A stretch of 16,378 nucleotides of DNA, from the NCBI GenBank assembly GCA_027625095.1, contig JAQBXN010000165.1, forward strand, positions 1 to 16,378, read 5' to 3'. Origin of the DNA: Planctomycetota bacterium (lineage in GTDB: Bacteria; Planctomycetota; PUPC01; JACPCR01). The translations under genes were made by a program, and so were the position numbers. Below, piece after piece: positions 1 to 6,825 of this stretch. Below the pieces are notes generated by a model. It did no database searches. It saw nothing but the letters and a program-made list of their open reading frames with translations, and was not told the origin of the DNA. Numbering within the stretch: position 1 is the stretch's first letter; every line of letters starts with the position of its first letter.

Positions 1-65
1 TTGCCGTGGTTTAAATCAAATCATGAATTCGCGCTTCTCTGGGCTGATGTAAAACTCCGAAACTA

Positions 66-593
66 ATGGGTAGTGCTCCATTTCAAGTAAACGTGGTTGT
101 TTCTGATCCTGTGTTGGACAGCATTGATTTCACAACTTCTGATCACGCGTCTGCATTAAAATTTGCTGGGCAAACAAGTATAGGTGTTAAAGTCAAATAC
201 AAGGATGAGAAGGCTTATGCTACGATCAACATTGTTGTTGCAAATGTAACCCAAAACCAGACGACAACAGTTACTCTTACCAAACAGTCAGACAATAAGA
301 CGTATTTGGGATCTTTTAATCCCGCAAACGTTGGTGCGGCGGCGAATGACCAGTTGAAGGCTAAAGTGCCAAATCTTGCTGCGACTGCATTGGCAAGATT
401 TATTGCACCAACGATCGTATATGTGGGACAGCATCGTTATTTTGAAAGCGGTTCGCTTCCGTCGACAAGCATCGACATTGACCAGTACATGCTCAAGCGC
501 AGTTCTAAACGAGCTCATGATCTTCGCCCGATCGGCGGATCAGACCGGGCTGGCAATAGAGACAGAATTCGAAGGGCCCTTAGATTGACGTAA
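66..593 (+). CDS. hypothetical protein, beta-rich and T/N/Q/V-rich; no recognisable family
   Basis: 175-aa ORF from the six-frame track. All three forward frames are closed upstream, with stops at 12-14, 24-26 and 45-47 in-frame, so the ORF cannot extend further 5'. No Shine-Dalgarno is visible before ATG 66. Composition (VVVSDPVLD…TTTVTLTK…) resembles an Ig-like or adhesin-like beta domain, with no signal peptide. It could be an orphan or remnant fragment. Confidence 0.3.
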   Translation: MGSAPFQVNVVVSDPVLDSIDFTTSDHASALKFAGQTSIGVKVKYKDEKAYATINIVVANVTQNQTTTVTLTKQSDNKTYLGSFNPANVGAAANDQLKAKVPNLAATALARFIAPTIVYVGQHRYFESGSLPSTSIDIDQYMLKRSSKRAHDLRPIGGSDRAGNRDRIRRALRLT

Positions 594-614
594 ATGATTT
601 CTCCCACTCGCCCT

Positions 615-641
615 TGAAAAACTGTCCCGCCTCCATACAAT
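615..641 (+). promoter_or_regulatory. putative sigma70-like promoter (TTGAAA – 15 nt – TACAAT) upstream of the MamK-like gene
   Basis: TTGAAA at 615-620 and TACAAT at 636-641 are separated by 15 nt, about 120 nt upstream of ATG 763. The call rests only on hexamer resemblance; the spacer is shorter than the optimal 17 nt. Promoter rules in Planctomycetes are poorly defined. Confidence 0.2.
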
Positions 642-762
642 TCGTCCGTCATTGAGGCCCCTACCTCACAGGACGTTTCAGTCCACCCTCTCCCAACCTA
701 ACCTTTATTGCCCGGCGTCTCTGCGTCTTTAATTTTTCCCCATAAGACCGGAGGCCACCCTC

Positions 763-1968
763 ATGCCCGAGGAAAAACTGGATTCCGCGGTCATCCGACC
801 CGAAGAATCGTCCACCATATTTCCTGATTCCATCGACTCTACCATCCGAGCTGCCAGTTCCAACGCGAGGAACCCCATCCCCAGTAAGAACACTGGAATG
901 GTGCAGAAAGAGTCTTTTGGCACCCCAACCCCGCTCTATGTTGGTATCGATCTTGGTACCTCCCGCAGCTCTGTTTGCGCTTCGAACGGACGACGTGCTT
1001 CGTTGCCCACTGTCGTAGGCTGGCCCAAGGATCCGATCGCACGCGGTTTCCTCAAAAAAGACATCGTCTTTGGTGAAGAGGCTATCGCGAATCGATTGTC
1101 CATCGAAACTGTCCGGCCTGTCGAGGTCGGTGTCATCAAAGTGAGTGCAAGTCAAAAGCCTGGCATCGGCCGCCTGGAAAAGCCGGATAGCAAAGTCAGA
1201 GAAGCTGCCTCTGAATTCATCAAGCATCTCATTGAGCTTTGCGAACCGCTTCCCAATCAGCAGGTCTTTGCAGCGATAGGGACTCCCGGTCAGATCGATC
1301 TTGCCCACAAGGAAGCCCTGCTCGAAGCCGCAAAGGAATCTGTTCACCAGATCCACCTTACCACCGAACCTTTTGCCGTCGCCTATTCTCTTAGCAGTCT
1401 TCACCATGTGCTTGTCGTGGATATCGGAGCTGGGACGACTGATCTGTGCCGCGTTCATGGCAGCCTGCCGGATAGTGAAGACTATCTCACGCTTGAGCAG
1501 GCCGGAGACTTCATCGATTTTTGTCTCTACGAACTCTTGGAGAAAAACCACAAGGGCGCTCAGTTCTCCCGCCAGCAGGTGACACAGATCAAGGAGCAGT
1601 TCTCCAGCGTCGCGCCGGGCGAACCGATCGAAGTCATTTTGCCTGTGAATGGTGTGCCGACAAAGCACAACATTACCAGCGATATGAAGCAGGCGTGCAG
1701 CAGTATCATCGAACCCATCGCCACGGCCATCCGCAAACTGGTCGGTTCGTACGATCCGGAATTCCAATCCAAGCTTAAGTCGCAAATCTGGCTTTCCGGT
1801 GGCGGCTCGCTCATCAACGGCTTGCCGAAAGCCCTTGAGCATGCCATTGGTCCCCTCGGCGCAGGCACCTCAGTGCGACGTGTGCCTGACCCTGTTTTTG
1901 CAGGTGCTGACGGCGCTTTGAAGCTGGTGCAGACGATGCCAGCAGATTATCGGAAGGTGCTGTCGTAG
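763..1968 (+). CDS. mamK-like: actin-family filament ATPase, MamK-like (MreB/ParM/Hsp70 superfamily)
   Basis: Phosphate-1 motif LYVGIDLGTSRSSV follows a ~50-aa N-terminal extension, as in MamK (LFLGIDLGTSHTAV…VVGYPKD versus our …VVGWPKD). Phosphate-2 VVDIGAGTTDL, IKEQFSSV, adenosine motif WLSGGGSLINGL and C-terminal PDPVFAGADGALKL all line up with the corresponding MamK blocks (IIVDIGAGTTDI, VKEQFSFV, IVFAGGGSRIRGL, KDPTFDGCRGALRL). A strong GGAGG RBS lies at 751-755. An alternative internal start at ATG 898 would remove the N-terminal extension. The overlapping minus-strand ORF 661-1842 is an antisense shadow. Confidence 0.85.
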   Translation: MPEEKLDSAVIRPEESSTIFPDSIDSTIRAASSNARNPIPSKNTGMVQKESFGTPTPLYVGIDLGTSRSSVCASNGRRASLPTVVGWPKDPIARGFLKKDIVFGEEAIANRLSIETVRPVEVGVIKVSASQKPGIGRLEKPDSKVREAASEFIKHLIELCEPLPNQQVFAAIGTPGQIDLAHKEALLEAAKESVHQIHLTTEPFAVAYSLSSLHHVLVVDIGAGTTDLCRVHGSLPDSEDYLTLEQAGDFIDFCLYELLEKNHKGAQFSRQQVTQIKEQFSSVAPGEPIEVILPVNGVPTKHNITSDMKQACSSIIEPIATAIRKLVGSYDPEFQSKLKSQIWLSGGGSLINGLPKALEHAIGPLGAGTSVRRVPDPVFAGADGALKLVQTMPADYRKVLS

Positions 1969-2128
1969 TCAGTGGACTGAGCAATCTCTCATAATTACTC
2001 GGAACCAACGCCGCATTCGTAGGAGGGAAGGCAGTACACCCAAAGAACCGGGTTACCTGCCTGGCTTACCATAAGGGTGTGGTTTCTCTTTTGACTGCTG
2101 TTTGCATTCGATAAAGCATTCGCCCAAA

Positions 2129-3088
2129 TCATCTCTTCACACTTTTATTGTCACCTGCAGCCAGTGCGAGCACCTGACTCAACGTGGCGAAGCTCAGATC
2201 TCCGGGCGTCGTCATCTTCAGTGCTGACATCGCAAGCCCATACTTGAGCGCTTTATCGGGATCGTCCTTGAAATAGCCGTAGAGAAATCCGCCGACAAAG
2301 GCGTCCCCCGCGCCGATTCGGTCGATCTCTTGAACCGTGTGACCCGCCTCCTTCAGGGTTTTTCCTTCGGCACGGACGATCGCTCCCTCGCCGCCAAGCG
2401 TCAATACCGTCCATTTTGTTCCAAATCGCGCGGCCGCGGCTTCTACCATTTTTTCCGCGCTGCCTTTGATGGCGAAGAGATCTTCCGCATCGTCGGACGT
2501 CATGAACAAAACATCTGCTTCCTTCATCAGAGGCTCGAGTACCTCAGAGGCGCGACCAGGAGGCCAGAGTTTCTGACGATAATTCACATCAAACGAGATC
2601 GTCAGCCTATCCTCTTTCGCCCTGGCAATCGCAGTGGTCACACATTCCGCGCATGACGGACTGAGCGCCACCGTAATGCCGGTTACGTGCAGGTGCTTTG
2701 CTTTCTTGAGCACGCTCCAATCTACACTTTCCGGATCGAGCCTGCTGGCAGCCGATCCTGCCCGGTCGTACACAACCTCCGTTGAACGAGGCGGCGCGCC
2801 CAACTCCATAAAGGCTACTCCGTTGCGGCCTTCGTCCGTCCAACGCACTTGAGATACATCCACGCCGTGTGCTCGGATCATGTTCGTAATACGCCTGCCG
2901 ACGGGGTTATTCACCAGCCGTGAAAACCAGCACGACCGCAAACCCAGACGGCTGAGCGCAACCGCCACATTTGATTCGCTGCCGGCACACAAGACCTCAA
3001 ATTCATCCGCTTGTTCGAGTGTTTTATTGTTTTTTGGAGAAAGGCGAAGCATCGTTTCGCCAAAGGTGACAACGTGATATTTACTCAT
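2129..3088 (-). CDS. kdgK: 2-dehydro-3-deoxygluconokinase (PfkB-family carbohydrate kinase)
   Basis: N-terminal HVVTFGETMLRLSP matches the KdgK VIGECMIELS block. FDVNYRQKLWPP…DVLFMTSDDAEDLF matches FDNNYRPRLW…DIAFLTLDDEDALW. The PfkB signature-2 GAGDAFVGGFLYG is present with the catalytic Asp. The 319-aa length is typical. Confidence 0.85.
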   Translation of the reverse strand: MSKYHVVTFGETMLRLSPKNNKTLEQADEFEVLCAGSESNVAVALSRLGLRSCWFSRLVNNPVGRRITNMIRAHGVDVSQVRWTDEGRNGVAFMELGAPPRSTEVVYDRAGSAASRLDPESVDWSVLKKAKHLHVTGITVALSPSCAECVTTAIARAKEDRLTISFDVNYRQKLWPPGRASEVLEPLMKEADVLFMTSDDAEDLFAIKGSAEKMVEAAAARFGTKWTVLTLGGEGAIVRAEGKTLKEAGHTVQEIDRIGAGDAFVGGFLYGYFKDDPDKALKYGLAMSALKMTTPGDLSFATLSQVLALAAGDNKSVKR

Positions 3089-3420
3089 GGTGGTCCATTT
3101 GTTTATCAGTAAAAAGCGTCTGACGGCCGCCCCATTTTATACCTTCGCACTGATGGTGCGGATAACGTAATCTGGAGATCCTTCCGGACAGCCGCAAGCC
3201 CTGACTCCATTCTCAGGACTGAAATCGGGGTGTGATTCCCGAGACTTGTGGCAAACAATCTATTGACAATCTTGCTCACTTCCACGACAAAAAGTCTCGT
3301 GCCGATCTGTTTCGACGAGAACTGAATAACGAGGCAGGTGAAATACCTGGGGCAACGGGTACGGCAACCTGAGTTTCTTCTTGGCGGTAGGAATGATCTG
3401 TCCTCAGGAGGCAAAAGGCC

Positions 3421-4104
3421 ATGGAGTTTTTCCAGCAAATTGTCACAGTTGGGATGCTGCCCTATACCATCTTTCTGGGCATCGTGGTGGCTTACTGGCT
3501 GTTTATGATTATCGGTTTTGTCGGAATCGATTTGCTCGATTTTGATATCGACATGCCGGACGTCGATGGGCTCGACGGCGCAGCCGACGCGGTCGGCGAT
3601 GGCGCGATTGAGTCCGCTGGAGACGCGCTTGAAGGTTCGATGGGCGCGTTCAAGTCCCTCCTTGTATTTCTGAATATCGGCACTGTGCCGGCCACCATCG
3701 TGCTCAGTTTCATCTCGGTAAAGCTCTGGTTTCTGGCCTTCGTTTATAACTTCTGGCTGCCGGCATCTTTGCGCGGGATTTTTCCACCGGTGGTAATGGG
3801 GCTTCTGGCTTTTTCCGCTTTCTTCGTTGTCAGCACTGCGCTCACACACATCACGACCAGGCCATTCCGGCGCCTCTTTCTCCACAAGACCACACACGGA
3901 GAACATCAGCTTGTTGGAAAAATCTGCATCGTGAAGACCTCGAAAGTAACGAATTCGTTCGGCCAGGCTGAACTTAAGGTCGAAGACTCTGACTTATTGA
4001 TTGCGGTTCGAACTAAAGAAGAACTCGGCTTCAAAAAAGGTGACGAAGCCATCATTATTGATTACGAAATCGAGAAAAACGTTTACGAAATTGTTCATAT
4101 TTGA
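3421..4104 (+). CDS. NfeD/YqiJ-like membrane protein (flotillin partner; N-terminal TM helices plus C-terminal OB-fold-like beta domain)
   Basis: Three hydrophobic helices (LPYTIFLGIVVAYWLFMIIGFVGI; LLVFLNIGTVPATIVLSFISVKLWFLAFVY; VVMGLLAFSAFFVVSTAL) are separated by an acidic D/G/A-rich linker. The C-terminal ~80-aa soluble beta-rich segment (GKICIVKTSKV…GDEAIIIDYEIEKNVYEIVHI) is typical of the NfeD OB-fold. The gene sits immediately upstream of, and 43 nt from, the SPFH/flotillin gene, as in yqiJ–yqiK pairs. AGGAGG RBS at 3405-3410. Confidence 0.7.
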   Translation: MEFFQQIVTVGMLPYTIFLGIVVAYWLFMIIGFVGIDLLDFDIDMPDVDGLDGAADAVGDGAIESAGDALEGSMGAFKSLLVFLNIGTVPATIVLSFISVKLWFLAFVYNFWLPASLRGIFPPVVMGLLAFSAFFVVSTALTHITTRPFRRLFLHKTTHGEHQLVGKICIVKTSKVTNSFGQAELKVEDSDLLIAVRTKEELGFKKGDEAIIIDYEIEKNVYEIVHI

Positions 4105-4147
4105 ACCTGGCGTTGTGGTTTTTTAGTCCTATTGGAGGGGAAACATT

Positions 4148-6208
4148 ATGGCTCCTTTCATCGCCCTCGGATTCGCCGGATTTATTATCCTGGTCGGAAT
4201 CCTGATCCTGATTATTCGGTGCTATCGCAAAGTCTCACAGGGCACGGCGCTCATTATCAACCAGACCCGCGGCAAAGTGATCGTTTCCTTTACTGGCGGC
4301 GTGGTCATCCCGATCATTCACAAAGCTGAGTACATGGACATCTCTGTCAAGGCGATGGAGATTGACCGCAGCGGCTCGAACGGCCTCATCTGTGAAGACA
4401 ACATTCGCGCCGACATCAAAGTCACCTTCTATGTGCGTGTAAACAAAACCGAAGAGGACGTGAAACGAGTGGCCGGCCTCATCGGATGCGAGCGTGCTTC
4501 CAAACGGGACACCCTGGAAGAGCTCTTTTCCGCAAAGTTTTCAGAGGCACTGAAGACTGTCGGAAAGCAGATGGAGTTCACGACGCTGTTTACCGAGCGT
4601 GAGAAATTCAAGGAAGCCATCATAAATATCATCGGCGCCGATTTGAACGGTTACAAGCTCGAAGACGTCGCCATCGATTATCTCGAGCAGACGCCTCTCG
4701 AATCCCTCGACGTAGACAACATCCTCGACGCTCAAGGTATCCGGAAGATCGTCGACCTTACCTCGATCGAATCCATCGCCACTAACAGTTTCCGGCGGAA
4801 CAAGGAGAAAACGATCAAGCAGCAGGACGTCGAAGCCAGGGAAACAATTCTCGAGCTGGAAAAGCAGCTGGCCGACGCCGAGGCCCGCCAGAAACGGGAG
4901 ATAGAAACCATCCAGGCCCGCGAACAAGCAGAAACCGAGAAAGTGCGCGCCGAAGAACATCTCAAGTACGAACGTGCCCAGATTCAGACCGCCGAAGAGT
5001 TGGCTGTTGCTCAAGAAAACAAACAGCGTCAGATTGAGATTGCACGTAAAGCCCGTGAACGCGCCGTATTGGTGGAGGGAGAACGAGTCGAACGCGACCA
5101 GCAGCTCGAGGCGGTTGAACGTATTCGCCTTGTCACACTGAAGGACATCGAGAAGGAAAAGGCCGTCGAGATCGAGAAGAAGAACATTCAGGAGGTCATC
5201 CGCGAACGCGTCATCGTTGAGAAGGGCGTTGCTGTGGAACAGGAGAAAATCAAGGACACAGTCGAGCTCGCCGGCGCCGAACGTCAGCGCCAAATCCAGG
5301 TAATCGCCGCGCAGCGTGAGGCTGAGGAAAACATGGTTATCGAGGTCAAGGCCGCGGAAGCCAAGGAAAAGGCCGCTAAGAGTCTTTACGAAGAGGCTAT
5401 TACTCAGGCCGAGGCAAGACACCTCTCTGCGATCAAAGAATCCGAGGCCAAAAAGGTGCTCGCCGAAGGCATTATCGCCGAGCGTTCCGCTGAAGGACTG
5501 GCGCAGGTAAGAGTCCGAGAATCCGAGGCCAACGCTATCGAGCTGCAGGGCAAGGCAGAAGCCTCGGCCGCGATGGAAAGGGCGAAGGCAGACGCATTTG
5601 CAATCGAGTCAAGGGGTGGAGCTGAAGCCAAGGCAGCGTCCGCCAATTACCACGCTAAGGCCCAGGGCATTGAAATCACCGGCTTCGCAGAGGCCAAGGC
5701 CATCGACCAGAAGGCCGAGGCCATGAAAAAATTCGACGCGGTCGGTCAGGAGCACGAGGAATTCAAGCTCCGGCTCGGTAAACAGGAACGTGTCGAAATT
5801 GCTCAGATCGACGTCAACCGCCAGATCGCCGAGGCCCAGTCCCGCATCCTCGGCGAGGCGTTGAAGTCAGCCAACATCGACATCGTCGGCGGCGATGGCC
5901 AGTTCCTGAACAACTTCTTCAAATCCATCACCCTGGCCAAGTCCCTGGACGGCTTCGTCGATAAGAGCGACGTCATTCAAAAGCTCTCTAACGGCGATAT
6001 CAACAGCCTGATGGCAAAGGTCAAAGACCTGATCGGCCGCGAAGGCCTGGGCTCGGAGGACATCAAGAATCTGACAGTCTCCGCTCTGCTGGCTCGCCTA
6101 GCCCTCAAGGGCAAGGACGACAACATCCGGGATGAGGCAACGGGTCTGCAGGGCCTGGTCAAGAGCCTCGGTGCGGAAGATCTGATGGCCATGTGGTTAG
6201 CGAAGTGA
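4148..6208 (+). CDS. flotillin-like SPFH/Band-7 domain protein (YqiK/FloT family) with long Glu/Ala-rich coiled coil
   Basis: An N-terminal membrane anchor (FIALGFAGFIILVGILILIIRCY) is followed by an SPFH domain (KVSQGTALIINQTRGKV…ISVKAMEIDRSG…DNIRADIKVTFYVRV). Then comes a ~270-aa EA-repeat coiled coil (…QLADAEARQKREIETIQAREQAETEKVRAEE…) and a C-terminal flotillin tail. GGAGGGG RBS at 4133-4139. The minus-strand ORF 4541-5422 is a low-complexity shadow of the EA repeats. Confidence 0.9.
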   Translation: MAPFIALGFAGFIILVGILILIIRCYRKVSQGTALIINQTRGKVIVSFTGGVVIPIIHKAEYMDISVKAMEIDRSGSNGLICEDNIRADIKVTFYVRVNKTEEDVKRVAGLIGCERASKRDTLEELFSAKFSEALKTVGKQMEFTTLFTEREKFKEAIINIIGADLNGYKLEDVAIDYLEQTPLESLDVDNILDAQGIRKIVDLTSIESIATNSFRRNKEKTIKQQDVEARETILELEKQLADAEARQKREIETIQAREQAETEKVRAEEHLKYERAQIQTAEELAVAQENKQRQIEIARKARERAVLVEGERVERDQQLEAVERIRLVTLKDIEKEKAVEIEKKNIQEVIRERVIVEKGVAVEQEKIKDTVELAGAERQRQIQVIAAQREAEENMVIEVKAAEAKEKAAKSLYEEAITQAEARHLSAIKESEAKKVLAEGIIAERSAEGLAQVRVRESEANAIELQGKAEASAAMERAKADAFAIESRGGAEAKAASANYHAKAQGIEITGFAEAKAIDQKAEAMKKFDAVGQEHEEFKLRLGKQERVEIAQIDVNRQIAEAQSRILGEALKSANIDIVGGDGQFLNNFFKSITLAKSLDGFVDKSDVIQKLSNGDINSLMAKVKDLIGREGLGSEDIKNLTVSALLARLALKGKDDNIRDEATGLQGLVKSLGAEDLMAMWLAK

Positions 6209-6236
6209 ACGTAATACGTAATACGTAATACGTAAT
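6209..6236. repeat. tandem heptamer repeat (ACGTAAT)x4 – left arm of an inverted-repeat pair
   Basis: Four perfect ACGTAAT units run from 6209 to 6236, directly abutting the flotillin stop codon (TGA 6206-6208). Each unit junction creates the palindrome TACGTA. Confidence 0.9.
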
Positions 6237-6304
6237 CAGACTCCTCGCTCGATACCATCTACTCACGCCACCTCACCCTCAGGAGTATGAACTACTAGGA
6301 TTGG

Positions 6305-6784
6305 TTGAATTCAGTTCCCGCAGCGATCAGTGAAGATGTGGTGTGGAAAATTACCGCCTACAGGTACGCCTTGTTTATTAGTGAGCTAGCTTGGGTGGAC
6401 TGTGAAAACCTCAACAAGCATCGCCTTGCGAGGAACAATTCCAGCCAGTTGATCAGGGCTGCGGGTTCGATCAGTGCGAATATAGAGGAAGGTTTCTCCC
6501 GCAAATCAGACAAGGATATAGCTCGTATGTACGAATATGCATTGGGTTCAGCAAGAGAGACAAGAGGCTGGTACTACGAATCCAGACACGCTCTCGGAGA
6601 TGAGGTGGCTGACCACCGAATGAAACTTCTTAGAGAGGTCATACAACTGCTGTTAACAATGATCCCTGAGAGAAGAAACTCATACAAAGTCAGAGAATCA
6701 GAAGTCATATATGAAACCAGTCCAAGTGGAAGTGGAGTTGAAGAATTTCAGGACATCCTAAACAACGTCCCAATGCCAGATTAA
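6305..6784 (+). CDS. four-helix-bundle protein of the 23S rRNA intervening-sequence protein family (TIGR02436 / PF05635; DGR Avd-like fold)
   Basis: Family hallmark blocks are present: …WKITAYRYALFISELAWV… (helix 1), QLIRAAGSISANIEEGFSRKSDKD (matches the conserved Q[IL]RRAA.SI.SNIAEG..R.S.K[DE] block), YEYALGSARETRGW (matches A.GS..E.). A ~40-aa C-terminal tail extends beyond the usual ~120-aa bundle. The start is probably TTG 6305 (AGGA at 6296-6299) or GTG 6338/6341; there is no in-frame ATG near the N-terminus. The gene is noticeably AT-richer than its neighbours. Confidence 0.75.
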   Translation: MNSVPAAISEDVVWKITAYRYALFISELAWVDCENLNKHRLARNNSSQLIRAAGSISANIEEGFSRKSDKDIARMYEYALGSARETRGWYYESRHALGDEVADHRMKLLREVIQLLLTMIPERRNSYKVRESEVIYETSPSGSGVEEFQDILNNVPMPD

Positions 6785-6794
6785 CAACTTTCTT

Positions 6795-6821
6795 ATTACG
6801 TATTACGAATTACGTATTACG
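6795..6821. repeat. tandem heptamer repeat ATTACGT-ATTACGA-ATTACGT-ATTACG – right arm, reverse complement of the 6209-6236 repeat
   Basis: The reverse complement of 6795-6821 is CGTAATACGTAATTCGTAATACGTAAT. This matches the upstream (ACGTAAT)4 array at 26 of 27 positions. It ends 4 nt before ATG 6826 of the giant ORF. Confidence 0.9.
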
Positions 6822-6825
6822 CCCC

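Larger units (their letters stand above)
6209..6821 (+). mobile_element. inverted-repeat-bounded ~613-bp cassette carrying the IVS-protein gene (IVS-like or MITE-like insertion between flotillin and the giant ATPase gene)
   Basis: 27-28-bp terminal inverted repeats built from heptamer tandem arrays bracket a single low-GC ORF. The cassette exactly fills the intergenic space between the flotillin stop (6208) and the giant gene start (6826). No transposase is present and no clear target-site duplication is seen (flanks are …AAGTGA| and |CCCCATGG…). Confidence 0.45.

Noticed and set aside
661-1842. 393-aa ORF on the minus strand
   Set aside because: It lies entirely antisense to the MamK-like gene, which has unmistakable actin-fold motifs. 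The product is R/G/D-rich with no recognisable features, typical of a GC-rich shadow ORF.
1969-2128. Convergent intergenic region between the MamK-like gene and kdgK searched for a bidirectional terminator
   Set aside because: No convincing GC-rich hairpin followed by a T-run was found by eye. Partial complementarity around 2051-2071 (GGGTTACCTGCCTGGCTTACC) is not palindromic.
3106-3906. 266-aa minus-strand ORF spanning the kdgK–nfeD divergent region and the 5' half of the NfeD-like gene
   Set aside because: It overlaps the NfeD-like gene, which has coherent TM/OB-fold architecture and a strong RBS. The translated product is compositionally odd (H/R/C-rich). The 333-bp divergent intergenic region 3089-3420 more likely holds two promoters; a TTGACA at about 3264 has no convincing -10.
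4541-5422. 293-aa minus-strand ORF inside the flotillin gene
   Set aside because: It is the antisense reading of the flotillin EA-repeat coiled-coil region. Its L/F/G-rich low-complexity product is an artefact of the GAG/GCC-rich sense strand.
4850-5700. Apparent DNA repetitiveness (GAG/GCC/AAG-rich) in the middle of the flotillin gene
   Set aside because: It reflects the protein-level Glu/Ala/Lys/Arg coiled-coil repeats characteristic of flotillins. No exact nucleotide tandem repeat unit could be traced.
6209-6821. Possible CRISPR array, given the short tandem repeats
   Set aside because: The units are 7 bp with no spacers. There are only two short arrays, in inverted orientation, and no cas genes. 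They are better explained as terminal inverted repeats and a stem of an IVS-like cassette.
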